Source: an uncultured Staphylococcaceae bacterium
Lineage (GTDB): Bacteria > Bacillota_I > Bacilli_A > ML615J-28 > CAG-313
Reading direction: 5' to 3'
Length of the DNA: 64,000 bases
NCBI GenBank assembly: GCA_964507405.1
Contig: CAZDPJ010000002.1
Span: forward strand, 13,233 to 77,232
How positions within the stretch are numbered: the stretch's first letter is position 1; each line of letters begins with the position of its first letter. Position numbers and translations under genes: made by a program. The notes beneath the pieces are model-generated. The model saw only the letters and a program-made list of their open reading frames with translations. It was not told the origin of the DNA and did no database searches. This document shows positions 37,369 through 47,623 of the stretch, in pieces.

Positions 37369-39268
37369 GAGACCAAAAAATAAAGGTGTATTAAAAAGAA
37401 TTATTAAATCTTTATTTCATTATTATCCAGTGTTATTACCTATAACAATTTTGTTTATTGCCATAAATGCTGTAGTAACTGCTCTTCCTGCATTATTCAT
37501 GCAAAATATTTTGGAAATATTAAAAAATACTATTGATGTATCTAAACAAACAGGAATTTGGGATTGGCCTAAGTTATCGGAACAAATTATGCCAACAATA
37601 ATTTTACTTGCTTCTTTATATGCCGCATCAATTACAGCAGGAATTATATATAACCAATTACTTGCGGTTATAACACAAGGATATTTAAAGAAAATGCGTG
37701 AACAAATGTTCAATCATATGCAAACATTACCAATTAAATATTTTGATACTAATAATCATGGGGATATCATGAGTTATTATACAAATGATATTGATACTTT
37801 AAGACAAATAATTTCTCAAAGTATTCCTCAATTTATTATTTCTGGTATAATTATTGTTTGTGTATTTGGTATTATGCTATACTTTAGTATTTGGCTTGCC
37901 ATTATTGTTGTTTGTGGTGTATTATTAATTTCATTAATTACAAAATTAATTGGCGGTAAAAGTTCTAAATACTTTGTTGCTCAACAAAAAGCAATTGGTA
38001 AAACAGAAGGCTTTATTGAAGAAATGATGAATGGACAAAAAGTTGTTAAAGTATTTACTCATGAAGCTGAAGCTATTAAAGATTTTGATAAAGTAAATGA
38101 TAATTTATTTGAACAATCTAATAAAGCTAATTCTTATGCGAATATGTTAATGCCTATTCTAAATAATATTGGTAATGTATTATATGTATTAGTTGCATTT
38201 ATTGGTGCAGTATTAGTTTATAATAATGTTTCTAATTTTAGTTTATCAGGAAAATTATTAGATATAACAATTATTCTTGCTTTCTTAAATATGACAAAAC
38301 AATTTACTGGTAATATCAGTCAAATATCTAATCAGTTAAATTCAGTTATTATGGGTCTTGCTGGTGCGAAGAGAATATTTGATTTATTAGACGAAAAATC
38401 AGAAGTTGATGAAGGCTATGTAACTCTTGTTAATGCGAAAGAAGAAAATGGGGAAATCGTTGAAACAAAAGAACGTACTGGAATGTGGGCATGGAAACAT
38501 CCACATGCTGATGGAACGGTGTCATATACAAAGTTAACTGGTGATGTCCAAATGTTTAATGTTGACTTTGGATATGAAGAGGATAAATTAGTTTTACATG
38601 ATGTAACTCTATACGCAAATCCTGGTGAAAAAATTGCCTTCGTAGGTGCGACAGGTGCCGGTAAAACCACAATTACTAATTTAATAAATCGTTTCTATGA
38701 TATTGCTGATGGAAAAATTCGATATGATGGTATCAACATTAATAAGATCAAAAAAGCAGATTTAAGAAGATCATTAGGAATTGTTTTACAAGACACTAAT
38801 TTATTTACTGGAACTGTATTAGATAATATTCGTTATGGTAAGCTAGATGCCACCGATGAAGAATGTATAGCTGCTGCGAAACTTGCTGGAGCTGATGACT
38901 TTATTAATAAAATGGCGGATGGATATAATACATATTTAACAAATAATGGTTCTAACCTATCTCAAGGTCAACGCCAATTAATTGCGATAGCGAGAGCTGC
39001 TGTTGCGGATCCACCAGTAATGATATTAGATGAAGCAACTTCATCAATTGATACAAGAACTGAAGCAATTGTTCAAAAAGGAACAGATGCTTTAATGAAA
39101 GGAAGAACTGTCTTTGTAATAGCTCACCGTTTATCTACAATTAGAAATTCAAGTGTTATTATGGTACTTGATCATGGTAGAATTATTGAACGAGGTTCTC
39201 ATCAAAAATTATTAGAAGAAAAAGGTGAATATTATCAATTATATACAGGAGCCTTTGAACTTGAATAA
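37361..39268 (+). CDS. ABC exporter half-transporter (TMD-NBD), consensus-site subunit
   Basis: ATG at 37361 after SD aaggtgggtg, overlapping the upstream stop (ATGAATAA). Walker A GATGAGKTT, signature LSQGQRQ (degenerate), Walker B MILDEATS, H-loop AHRLST. Confidence 0.88.
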   Translation: MNKRPKNKGVLKRIIKSLFHYYPVLLPITILFIAINAVVTALPALFMQNILEILKNTIDVSKQTGIWDWPKLSEQIMPTIILLASLYAASITAGIIYNQLLAVITQGYLKKMREQMFNHMQTLPIKYFDTNNHGDIMSYYTNDIDTLRQIISQSIPQFIISGIIIVCVFGIMLYFSIWLAIIVVCGVLLISLITKLIGGKSSKYFVAQQKAIGKTEGFIEEMMNGQKVVKVFTHEAEAIKDFDKVNDNLFEQSNKANSYANMLMPILNNIGNVLYVLVAFIGAVLVYNNVSNFSLSGKLLDITIILAFLNMTKQFTGNISQISNQLNSVIMGLAGAKRIFDLLDEKSEVDEGYVTLVNAKEENGEIVETKERTGMWAWKHPHADGTVSYTKLTGDVQMFNVDFGYEEDKLVLHDVTLYANPGEKIAFVGATGAGKTTITNLINRFYDIADGKIRYDGININKIKKADLRRSLGIVLQDTNLFTGTVLDNIRYGKLDATDEECIAAAKLAGADDFINKMADGYNTYLTNNGSNLSQGQRQLIAIARAAVADPPVMILDEATSSIDTRTEAIVQKGTDALMKGRTVFVIAHRLSTIRNSSVIMVLDHGRIIERGSHQKLLEEKGEYYQLYTGAFELE

Positions 39269-39295
39269 GAGTAATAAGCAATTATTGCTCTTTTT
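39268..39295 (+). terminator. Terminator of the ABC exporter operon
   Basis: AGAGTAATAA-gcaa-TTATTGCTCT followed by T5. Confidence 0.6.
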
Positions 39296-39313
39296 CTTTA
39301 ATTATTAATGCCT

Positions 39314-39340
39314 AAAAAAACCTTAAGTAATACTTAAGGT
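39314..39340 (-). terminator. holA terminator
   Basis: Perfect palindrome ACCTTAAGTA-a-TACTTAAGGT followed by T7 on the minus strand. Confidence 0.75.
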
Positions 39341-39345
39341 TTCTA

Positions 39346-40320
39346 CTAGAGTTGAATAATTAATAAGTCTAATCCTAGTGTTTTATCAATTTGACCAGAT
39401 TTAATTTTATAATCAAGTAAAGAGAGTTTCTTTATATAATTTTCTAAATCTTGTATTTTAAAACTTTTTGCATTTTTAACCATATAGAAAGCTCTACCAG
39501 GTGTTACATTAAAGAATTTAGCAATATCATTTTGAGAATGCCCTATTTTTAATAACTTATATATAGTTAACATTTCAATAAATGAATTAGTAATCATCGC
39601 AAGAATTCCCATTACATCTTTGGAGTTTGCGACTAGTTGTTCATAGATTTGTGATACTTGAGGGTGATTATGGTCAACAATTGCTTTAATTAAATTAAAT
39701 ACTTCTTTTGATAAGTCTTTATCAACAATTGCTTTAACATCATCATTAGTAATTACACCACCTTTTCCGACATATGTAGATAATTTATCAATTTCTTGTT
39801 CCATTCTTACTTGATTATTATTTAAATATGTCATAAAGGTATTTAAGGCATCTTCTCTAATTTCGATATTATTACTTGCAAAACTACGAATTACCCATCC
39901 TTTTAATTCTATTTCTTCTGATTCATCATAATTAATAATTAAAGCAACATTCTTTAATGTTTTATAAATTTCATTACTTTGATTTATTTTCATATTACCT
40001 GCATCAATCATTAACACTGTTGATTCGCATGGGTTTTTTAAATATTTGATAAATTCTTTTACTTCAGGAGTTAACTCTTCCTTACTCTTTGTTAAAAATG
40101 AAGGATTTCTAAGAATAATTACTTTTAAATCTTCAAGTAGAGGGAAAGTAATAGCATCATTAATAACAGTTGCTAAATTAGTATTTTCCATATCATATTT
40201 TATAGTAGTATACTGACATTTACTATAACTTTGAAGAATACGTTTAATTCTATTTTTGATAAATACTTCAGATGTACCAGTAAATAAATATATTAAATCA
40301 TCATCTTTGGTTAATGCCAT
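39346..40320 (-). CDS. holA: DNA polymerase III delta subunit
   Basis: 324 aa. N-terminal LIYLFTGTSEVFIKNRI. Clamp-loader delta-like helical C-terminus. Position next to rpsT/gpr as I recall for Bacillus. Confidence 0.7.
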   Translation of the reverse strand: MALTKDDDLIYLFTGTSEVFIKNRIKRILQSYSKCQYTTIKYDMENTNLATVINDAITFPLLEDLKVIILRNPSFLTKSKEELTPEVKEFIKYLKNPCESTVLMIDAGNMKINQSNEIYKTLKNVALIINYDESEEIELKGWVIRSFASNNIEIREDALNTFMTYLNNNQVRMEQEIDKLSTYVGKGGVITNDDVKAIVDKDLSKEVFNLIKAIVDHNHPQVSQIYEQLVANSKDVMGILAMITNSFIEMLTIYKLLKIGHSQNDIAKFFNVTPGRAFYMVKNAKSFKIQDLENYIKKLSLLDYKIKSGQIDKTLGLDLLIIQL

Positions 40321-40437
40321 AAGTTACCTCCTTTTGTTTAATATATTATATCATTATTTAATAAAAAAATATAGATTAATGCAAAAAAAATAATAAAAAA
40401 ATTATTTTTGGAGAAAATAAATCAAGAGGTGATATAT

Positions 40438-41415
40438 TTGAAAAAGAAAGAACAAATTAAATGGAATGTTCGTACAGATCTTGCGTATGATGAAGTAATA
40501 ACAAATCAAAGAGAATTTCCTGATTTAATACAAAGTGAGGAAAAATTATTAGATATACCAATATACAAATGTATTGTTGGAAAAGAATCTTCAAAAATGA
40601 TTAATAAAAAAGAAGGTATATATTATACAATTGATTTATCTAATCTTGATTTTCATGATGCAACTATTTGTAAAAATATTGAATATGCTTTATCTGATAT
40701 TTTAAAAAGATTTATTGATCATTATTCTTTAAAAAATACAAAAGGATTATTAGTTGGTCTTGGTAATATTAATGTTACTCCTGATGCCTTAGGACCATAT
40801 GTGATGGATAATGCTATTGTTACAAGACATTTATTTAAGATAGGTAGTGTTAGTAACGGATTTAGTGAAGTTAGTGCGATTAGTCCTGGGGTTATGGGAA
40901 CAACCGGAATTGAAACATTTGATATTATTAAAGCGGTAAAAGATAAAATTGATGTAGATTATTTAATTGTTGTTGATGCACTTGCTTCTAATTCAACAAA
41001 AAGAGTAAATAGAACTATTCAAATTACTGATACTGGAATTAGCCCTGGTTCTGGAGTTGGAAATAAAAGAAAAGAACTAAGTATGAAAAGTATTGGTCTT
41101 CCCGTCTTTGCAATTGGGGTACCAACAGTTGTAGATGCAATCACCATAACTAATGATACAATTAATCATGTTATTAATTATTTAAATAAAGAAGTTAAAA
41201 ATAATAATTCTAATGAATTTTTACTAGGACAAATCGGTAAATTAACAGAAGCAGAAAAAAGAGCGTTAATGCAAGAAGTATTATCACCTAATGGTTATAA
41301 TTTAATGGTAACTCCAAAAGAAGTAGATGAAGATATCGAAGATTTATCAAAAATAATTGCGATGGGAATAAATCTCGCTTTACATGAGGGATTACACTAT
41401 AAGTTAACTGAATAG
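40438..41415 (+). CDS. gpr: Spore germination protease GPR
   Basis: From the TTG at 40438 (SD agaggtg 8 nt upstream) the product begins LKKKEQIKWNVRTDLA, like Bacillus Gpr MKKSEL..VRTDLA as I recall it. VGLGNINVTPDALGP, TGISPGSGVGNKR and MVTPKEVD motifs. The track start at 40408 lacks an SD. Confidence 0.9.
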   Translation: MKKKEQIKWNVRTDLAYDEVITNQREFPDLIQSEEKLLDIPIYKCIVGKESSKMINKKEGIYYTIDLSNLDFHDATICKNIEYALSDILKRFIDHYSLKNTKGLLVGLGNINVTPDALGPYVMDNAIVTRHLFKIGSVSNGFSEVSAISPGVMGTTGIETFDIIKAVKDKIDVDYLIVVDALASNSTKRVNRTIQITDTGISPGSGVGNKRKELSMKSIGLPVFAIGVPTVVDAITITNDTINHVINYLNKEVKNNNSNEFLLGQIGKLTEAEKRALMQEVLSPNGYNLMVTPKEVDEDIEDLSKIIAMGINLALHEGLHYKLTE

Positions 41416-41418
41416 ATT

Positions 41419-41661
41419 ATGAAAAAAATAATAGTAATTTTTTTAATTGTTGTTTGCTTTTTGTGGGGATTAAGTATAGGAGGAAAATATCATAATTATG
41501 ATAAGATGTTTGATGAAGCTAAAAATGAATTTGAAGAAAACATTACACAGCCAGATAATAACTATGCGCCTAAAACACTTGAACCTAAAGATAAATTTAT
41601 CAATAAAGTAGCACGTAAAATTGATTCTATAATTGAAAAAATACAAAATAAAATTAATTAG
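41419..41661 (+). CDS. Small N-terminally anchored protein (80 aa)
   Basis: One TM helix then a charged tail. Starts 3 nt after the gpr stop. Terminator overlaps its stop. Confidence 0.55.
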   Translation: MKKIIVIFLIVVCFLWGLSIGGKYHNYDKMFDEAKNEFEENITQPDNNYAPKTLEPKDKFINKVARKIDSIIEKIQNKIN

Positions 41662-41679
41662 CACCTAATGGTGCTTTTT
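41660..41679 (+). terminator. Rho-independent terminator
   Basis: AGCACC-taat-GGTGCT followed by T5. Confidence 0.65.
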
Positions 41680-41755
41680 AAAAATTTAAAAAATGGAATA
41701 TATATTTTTTATACGTATTATTTATATGAATGTTGATATTTAATAACTCAATATC

Positions 41756-41784
41756 TTGCATTTTTCTTCAATTTATGATATAAT
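41756..41784 (+). promoter_or_regulatory. Sigma-A-type promoter for pgsA-recA
   Basis: TTGCAT-17 nt-TATAAT with a TG extension. Confidence 0.5.
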
Positions 41785-41814
41785 CATATAAAATAAGAAA
41801 TTAGGTGAGATATT

Positions 41815-42444
41815 ATGAATTTGCCAAATAAATTAACAATTTTTAGAATGTGTTTGATTCCTATTATCATGATTGTTTATGGAATTGAAGCATGGCATCA
41901 ACCAATATTTAATGGTGTAGATGCATTAACAATATCCAATTTTATCATTTTAATATTAATCTTTATCGGTTCTTTAACTGATTTTCTAGATGGCAAAATT
42001 GCAAGAAAATATAATTTAGTAACAAACTTCGGTAAATTCTTAGATCCTATTGCTGATAAATTATTAGTTATTACTGGCTTTGTAATTCTACTTGATCAAT
42101 CTAAAGCCTATGGTAATAATTTATTTAGCTGGTGGATGTTAGCAATAATTTTAGCAAGAGAATTTATTATTTCCGGTATGCGTTTAGTGGCTGCTGAAAA
42201 TAAACAAGTTATTGCTGCAAGTATGTGGGGAAAAGTTAAAACAACAATTCAATTTATAACTTTAATATATTTATTCTTAGGTATAGCACATAAGACTACA
42301 GACCCTGGATTTGTTGTATATGATATCATCGGCTTAATATTAGTTTATGCTACACTTGTTGCGACAATCTTTAGTGGATGGGATTATTTAGTTAAGAATA
42401 AAGGCGTTTTAATGGAACAATCAAAAAATAAAAAATCTAAATAA
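41815..42444 (+). CDS. pgsA: CDP-diacylglycerol--glycerol-3-phosphate 3-phosphatidyltransferase
   Basis: CDP-alcohol phosphatidyltransferase motif DFLDGKIARKYNLVTNFGKFLDPIADK. Confidence 0.9.
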   Translation: MNLPNKLTIFRMCLIPIIMIVYGIEAWHQPIFNGVDALTISNFIILILIFIGSLTDFLDGKIARKYNLVTNFGKFLDPIADKLLVITGFVILLDQSKAYGNNLFSWWMLAIILAREFIISGMRLVAAENKQVIAASMWGKVKTTIQFITLIYLFLGIAHKTTDPGFVVYDIIGLILVYATLVATIFSGWDYLVKNKGVLMEQSKNKKSK

Positions 42445-42468
42445 TTTTAGATTAGAAAGGAAACTGTA

Positions 42469-43506
42469 ATGGCTGAAGGAAAAGTTAAACAACTCAATAT
42501 GGAAGATATTGAATCAACAAAAGATCCTGCCAAAGAAAAGGCTTTAGCTGAGGCTTTCAAAATAATTGAAAAGAACTATGGTAAAGGCTCAATAATGAAA
42601 CTTGGTGATCATGTTCAAGAAAAGCTAGAAGTAATTTCTACAGGATCAATAGCCTTAGATGCAGCCCTTGGGGTAGGTGGCTATCCTAAAGGAAGAATCA
42701 TTGAAATATACGGTCCTGAATCAAGTGGTAAAACAACATTTGCACTTCATGCTATTGCTGAGGCACAAAAAAAAGGAGGCTATGCGGCATTCATTGATGC
42801 AGAACATGCCTTAGATCCTGTTTATGCTAAAGCATTAGGTGTTGATGTGGATAATTTAATTTTATCACAGCCAGATGATGGAGAACAAGCATTAGAAATA
42901 GTAGAAGCATTAATTAGAAGTAATGCGATTGATATAATAGTAATTGACTCAGTTGCGGCATTAGTACCTAAAGCTGAAATTGAAGGTGATATGGGTGCAA
43001 GTCATGTTGGTTTACAAGCAAGATTAATGAGTCAAGCAATGCGAAAACTTGCAGGTGCAATCGCAAAATCAAAAGCAGTAGCGATATTTATCAATCAAAT
43101 TCGTGAAAAAGTAGGCGTTTTATTTGGTAGTCCTGAAACAACCTCAGGTGGTAGAGCTCTTAAGTTCTACGCTACTATTCGATTAGATATTAGAAGAGTA
43201 GATCAAATCAAGGTTGGTACGGAAGCTATAGGAAATACAACAAGAATCAAGGTTGTTAAAAACAAAGTAGCTCCACCATTTAGAACGGCAGACGTTGATT
43301 TAATTTATGGTAAAGGTATTTCTCATGAAGGTGAACTTCTAGACTTAGCAGTAAATGCTGATATAGTCGAAAAAAGTGGTGCATGGTTCTCATATAATGG
43401 CGAACGATTAGGCCAAGGTCGTGAAAATGTTAAAGAATTATTTAAACAAAGACCTGAATTATGTAATGAAATAGAAGTTAAAGTAAGAGAAAAACTTTTT
43501 AATTAA
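42469..43506 (+). CDS. recA: Recombinase RecA
   Basis: [23 protein letters not shown], Walker [31 protein letters not shown]. Confidence 0.98.
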   Translation: MAEGKVKQLNMEDIESTKDPAKEKALAEAFKIIEKNYGKGSIMKLGDHVQEKLEVISTGSIALDAALGVGGYPKGRIIEIYGPESSGKTTFALHAIAEAQKKGGYAAFIDAEHALDPVYAKALGVDVDNLILSQPDDGEQALEIVEALIRSNAIDIIVIDSVAALVPKAEIEGDMGASHVGLQARLMSQAMRKLAGAIAKSKAVAIFINQIREKVGVLFGSPETTSGGRALKFYATIRLDIRRVDQIKVGTEAIGNTTRIKVVKNKVAPPFRTADVDLIYGKGISHEGELLDLAVNADIVEKSGAWFSYNGERLGQGRENVKELFKQRPELCNEIEVKVREKLFN

Positions 43507-43513
43507 TTAAATT

Positions 43514-43543
43514 AGCGGTTATGAATTTCATAGCCGCTTTATT
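43514..43543 (+). terminator. recA terminator
   Basis: AGCGGTTATG-loop-CATAGCCGCT followed by TTTATT. Confidence 0.6.
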
Positions 43544-43570
43544 AAAAAATAAATAAAAAAAGGAGATTTT

Positions 43571-44197
43571 ATGAGTAAAGTAGTAATTTTTAACCATCCA
43601 CTAATTGATCACAAATTAACAATCATTAGAAGAAAAGAAACAAACACAAAAGATTTTAGAGAAGCATTAAATGAAATTTCAACATTAATGGCTTATGAAG
43701 TTACAAGAGATCTTCCCGTTAAAGAAGTACAAATTGAAACACCAATTGCTAAAGCAGTAGGTTATGAATTATCAAGTGAAGTTGTTATTGTTCCAATTCT
43801 AAGAGCTGGTCTTGGAATGGTTGATGGAATTCACAAATTAATTCCAACAGCTAAAATTGGCCATATTGGATTATTTAGAAATGAAGAAACATTAAAACCA
43901 GAACGTTATTATGCTAAGTTTCCTCAAACAATTAAAGACAGTGTTGTATTACTTGTTGACCCAATGCTTGCAACAGGTGGTAGCGCAGTTGAAGCTATTA
44001 ATATTTTAAAAGAACAAGGTGCGAAGAAAATAGCATATATTGGTTTAGTTGGTGTTGATGAAGGTATTAATAACTTAACTCAAAATCATCCTGATGTTGA
44101 TATTTATTTAGCCGCAAAAGATGAAAAATTAAATGAAGTTGGTTATATCATTCCAGGTCTTGGTGACTGTGGAGATAGAATCTTCGGAACAAAATAA
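43571..44197 (+). CDS. upp: Uracil phosphoribosyltransferase
   Basis: [20 protein letters not shown], and PRPP loop [13 protein letters not shown]. Confidence 0.95.
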   Translation: MSKVVIFNHPLIDHKLTIIRRKETNTKDFREALNEISTLMAYEVTRDLPVKEVQIETPIAKAVGYELSSEVVIVPILRAGLGMVDGIHKLIPTAKIGHIGLFRNEETLKPERYYAKFPQTIKDSVVLLVDPMLATGGSAVEAINILKEQGAKKIAYIGLVGVDEGINNLTQNHPDVDIYLAAKDEKLNEVGYIIPGLGDCGDRIFGTK

Positions 44198-44201
44198 AAA
44201 T

Positions 44202-44225
44202 GACTAGTTTAAACTAGTCTTTTTT
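44202..44225. terminator. Terminator between convergent upp and recU
   Basis: Perfect GACTAGTTTAAACTAGTC palindrome followed by T6, with an A-rich left flank. Confidence 0.7.
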
Positions 44226-44268
44226 AAATAACATTAATAATTAAAAATTTTGTAAATTTATTGAAATA

Positions 44269-44886
44269 TTATTTTTCTTTTTTACTAGATTCAATTAATT
44301 TATCAATAATTGGTAAATAATCAATTTTAGGACTAAACGATAGTTTAATTTCATAGCCATGTTCTACAAAATAATTATAGGGAATACTTTTTCTTCCATC
44401 ATTTAATGATTCATTATATAACTTAATTAGTTTATCACTAGTTAATAAAAATACTTGATGATATAAACTAAATTCAATTAATAAAAAGGAAATTCCTCCC
44501 ATCTTACTAACTGTTTCCAAATGTTTAATTTGATGATCATATATATGCTTGAAAGAAAATGATGTTGTGTGACAACTCTTTGCTTCAAAATCTATGTACT
44601 TTCCTTTATATATACCATTATAGTCAGTGGTTGAAGGCATGCGATAATATGCTTCAGTAATTTTGGCTTTATTTCGTGATGGGTACTCAACTTTTACAAT
44701 TTGAACAGGAGTTGGTTTTTTATATATACAAGCTAAATTTTTATTTAAATAATATTGATTACTTTCATTTATTAGGCTTTCAAAGTCAATGCCAAGATGT
44801 GACTTTCTTAAATCTTTCTTTTTAATAGTTTCGGGAATTACTATTTTTTTAGAAGAACCATTAGGATATTTTATTTCTCTATTCAT
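44269..44886 (-). CDS. recU: Holliday junction resolvase RecU
   Basis: Internal ATG at 44886 follows SD ggtga. GIDFESLINESNQYY, IYKKPTPVQIV, TDYNGIYKGKYIDFEAK, HQIKHL. Confidence 0.85.
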   Translation of the reverse strand: MNREIKYPNGSSKKIVIPETIKKKDLRKSHLGIDFESLINESNQYYLNKNLACIYKKPTPVQIVKVEYPSRNKAKITEAYYRMPSTTDYNGIYKGKYIDFEAKSCHTTSFSFKHIYDHQIKHLETVSKMGGISFLLIEFSLYHQVFLLTSDKLIKLYNESLNDGRKSIPYNYFVEHGYEIKLSFSPKIDYLPIIDKLIESSKKEK

Positions 44887-45066
44887 TTTAATCACCATAA
44901 TTATTATATCAAAAATGATTAGATAAAACAAGAAATAAAGATTGTTATTAAAAAATAGTAGGAAAAATTCTTTTATTAATAAATGAAATTAGAAAAATTA
45001 ATTACAATATTTTTAAATTAGTGGGAATAATAAATTATAAAAAGAAAAAACAATATAGGAAAACGT

Positions 45067-45095
45067 TTGACAATTTCCTTTAAATAAGGTATAAT
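45067..45095 (+). promoter_or_regulatory. Sigma-A-type promoter for rny-ymdB
   Basis: TTGACA-17 nt-TATAAT, about 85 nt upstream of the rny start. Confidence 0.55.
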
Positions 45096-45180
45096 ATACT
45101 AGTATGGGTTATAATGCTTGCTTGGAAGCTATATATATAATTTAAATACAAGTTAATAAAAATTGAAAGGAGAATATTAA

Positions 45181-46758
45181 ATGATGCCAGTATGGTTAGG
45201 ACTTCTCCTCATTCTTATTGCATTAGCTGCTGGAACAGTATGTGCTTATTTTTATGCTCTAAATAAAGGCAAAAATATAACAGAAGCTAAATATGAACAA
45301 TTAGGTAAAGATGCGAAAAAGATTATTTCTGATGCTGAAGAAGAAGCAAATAAAAGACAAAAAGATATTGTTTCTGAAGGAAGAAAAGAAGTGCAATCTT
45401 TACGTGAAGCATATAATGCAGAAGTTAGAGAAAAGAAACAACAACTTCAAGAAGAAGCTAATAAATTAGAACGTCGTGAAACTAGTTTAGATAATCGTTC
45501 TGATAATTTAGATAAACGTGAATCTAGTTTAATAACAAAAGAAAATAAATTAGAAGATCGTATTGTAGAAGTTGAAAAACGTAACACTAAGATTGAGGAG
45601 TTAATCGAAGAACAAGAAAAGAAATTGATGGAAATCGCAGGATTAAGTTTAGATGAAGCTAGAGATATAGTATTTAATAAACTTAAAGAAGATATGGCTA
45701 TGGAAATGGCTATTTACATTAAAGATGAAACTGAAAAAGCAAAATATGAAAGCATTAATAAATCACAAATTATTTTAGCAAATGCTATTCAACAATATGC
45801 AAATGAAACTGTCCAAGAAAAAACAGTATCAGTAGTTTCACTTCCAAATGATGAAATGAAAGGTCGTATCATCGGCCGTGAAGGACGTAATATTCGCGCA
45901 ATTGAAGCCGTAACAGGTGTAGATCTAATAATTGATGATACTCCAGATTCAGTTGTTATTTCATGCTTTGACCCTGTTAGACGTGAAATTGCAAGAAGAA
46001 CACTTGAAATTCTAGTTACTGATGGTAGAATTCAACCACCTAGAATTGAAGAAGTATTTAGTAAATGTACAAAAGAACTTGAAAATGAAATGCGTGAAGA
46101 AGGCGAAAAAGCAGTATTTGAAATTGGTATTGGTAAAATCCATCCAGAACTTGTTAAATTAATTGGACGTCTTCATTTTAGAACAAGTTATGGACAAAAT
46201 GCTTTACAACATTCAAAAGAAGTAGCATTCCTTGCTGGAAAACTTGCTGCTGAAATTGGTGAAGATGAAATTTTAGCTCGTCGTGCGGGTTTACTTCATG
46301 ATATTGGTAAAGCAACTGACCATGAAACAGAAGGAAGCCATGTTGAAATTGGTGTTGAAATTGCAACAAAATTTAGAGAAAATAGTACTGTAATTGATGC
46401 TATTGCTTCTCACCATGGAGATAAAGAAGCTGAAACAGTAATTGCTCATTTAGTTGCTGCTGCTGATACTTTATCTGCTGCTCGTCCAGGCGCAAGAAGT
46501 GAATCTTTAGATAATTATATTAAGAGATTACAACAACTTGAAGAATTAACTAATGAATTTAAAGGTGTTGATAAGAGCTATGCTCTTCAAGCAGGTCGTG
46601 AAGTTCGTATTATTGTAAAACCTGATGAAATCACTGATGCTGAGGCTTATATGTTAGCACGTGAAATCAAAAATAAAATTGAAACAACTATGAATTATCC
46701 AGGCAATATTAAAGTAGTTGTTATAAGAGAAGTTCGAGTTCAAGAAACAGCTCGTTAG
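45181..46758 (+). CDS. rny: Ribonuclease Y
   Basis: N-terminal TM helix, coiled coil, KH domain ([13 protein letters not shown]) and HD domain ([13 protein letters not shown]). Confidence 0.97.
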   Translation: MMPVWLGLLLILIALAAGTVCAYFYALNKGKNITEAKYEQLGKDAKKIISDAEEEANKRQKDIVSEGRKEVQSLREAYNAEVREKKQQLQEEANKLERRETSLDNRSDNLDKRESSLITKENKLEDRIVEVEKRNTKIEELIEEQEKKLMEIAGLSLDEARDIVFNKLKEDMAMEMAIYIKDETEKAKYESINKSQIILANAIQQYANETVQEKTVSVVSLPNDEMKGRIIGREGRNIRAIEAVTGVDLIIDDTPDSVVISCFDPVRREIARRTLEILVTDGRIQPPRIEEVFSKCTKELENEMREEGEKAVFEIGIGKIHPELVKLIGRLHFRTSYGQNALQHSKEVAFLAGKLAAEIGEDEILARRAGLLHDIGKATDHETEGSHVEIGVEIATKFRENSTVIDAIASHHGDKEAETVIAHLVAAADTLSAARPGARSESLDNYIKRLQQLEELTNEFKGVDKSYALQAGREVRIIVKPDEITDAEAYMLAREIKNKIETTMNYPGNIKVVVIREVRVQETAR

Positions 46759-46772
46759 AAAGAATAATAAGT

Positions 46773-47549
46773 ATGAGAATATTAATGATTGGTGATGTAT
46801 ATGGAGCAATGGGCCGCAGCATATTAGAAGAAAAGTTACCTGCTTTAAGAAAAGATAAAGGGATTAATTTTGTAATTGTTAATGCTGAAAATATAGCTCA
46901 TGGTTCTGGTATTACACATACATATTACAAACAATTACTAGAAAAAAATGTAAATGTTGTAACTTTGGGAAATCATGCATTTCGAAACAATGATATTCAT
47001 AACTTTATTCAAGATGCTACATCTTTAGTTAGACCATTAAATATAGCAGATGAAAATCCTGGAAAAGGATATGTAACTGTTCGATATAATAATATTACTA
47101 TTACTGTTTTTCAAGTATTAGGACGTACCTTTATGAATGGACCTATCGATTGTCCGTTTAGAGCTACGGAAAAATTATTAAGTACAGTTAAAAGTGATAT
47201 ATATATTTGTGATTTTCATGGTGAAACAACAAGTGAAAAAATAGCATATGGATTGTACTTTGATGGCAAAGTAAATATTATTGCTGGTACTCATACTCAT
47301 GTTCAAACAAATGATGCCCATATATTAGATCATGGAACAATGTATATTACTGACCTTGGTATGACAGGTGCTCGTGATGGTATCATTGGTGTAGATCCTA
47401 ATATGATAACATCTAAATTTATTACGGGACTTCCTTGTCGTCATATTCCAATGGATCATGGAAAAAAACAATTATGTGGTTTAATTATAGAAATAAATGA
47501 AAATTCGCATAAAGTGACAAATTTCGAGGTAGTTAATGTGATACAATAG
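46773..47549 (+). CDS. ymdB: 2',3'-cyclic-nucleotide 2'-phosphodiesterase YmdB (calcineurin-like)
   Basis: MRILMIGDVYG..GR, VNAENIAHGSGIT, DFHGETTSEK, GTHTHVQTND. Confidence 0.9.
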   Translation: MRILMIGDVYGAMGRSILEEKLPALRKDKGINFVIVNAENIAHGSGITHTYYKQLLEKNVNVVTLGNHAFRNNDIHNFIQDATSLVRPLNIADENPGKGYVTVRYNNITITVFQVLGRTFMNGPIDCPFRATEKLLSTVKSDIYICDFHGETTSEKIAYGLYFDGKVNIIAGTHTHVQTNDAHILDHGTMYITDLGMTGARDGIIGVDPNMITSKFITGLPCRHIPMDHGKKQLCGLIIEINENSHKVTNFEVVNVIQ

Positions 47550-47623
47550 TAAATGTAAGTCATTAAATCCTTTCTTCGTGAATAGAATTAAATGGATACA
47601 AATTTACTAGGAGGTATTATATT

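Noticed and set aside
40380-40419. Sigma-F/G-like promoter upstream of gpr (TGCAAA ... GGAGAAAATA)
   Set aside because: The -10-like element matches GGnRAnAHTR, but the spacer to the -35-like TGCA is 24 nt against the ~15 nt required. The element would also sit almost on top of the SD. I could not support any sporulation-sigma promoter in the window by eye.
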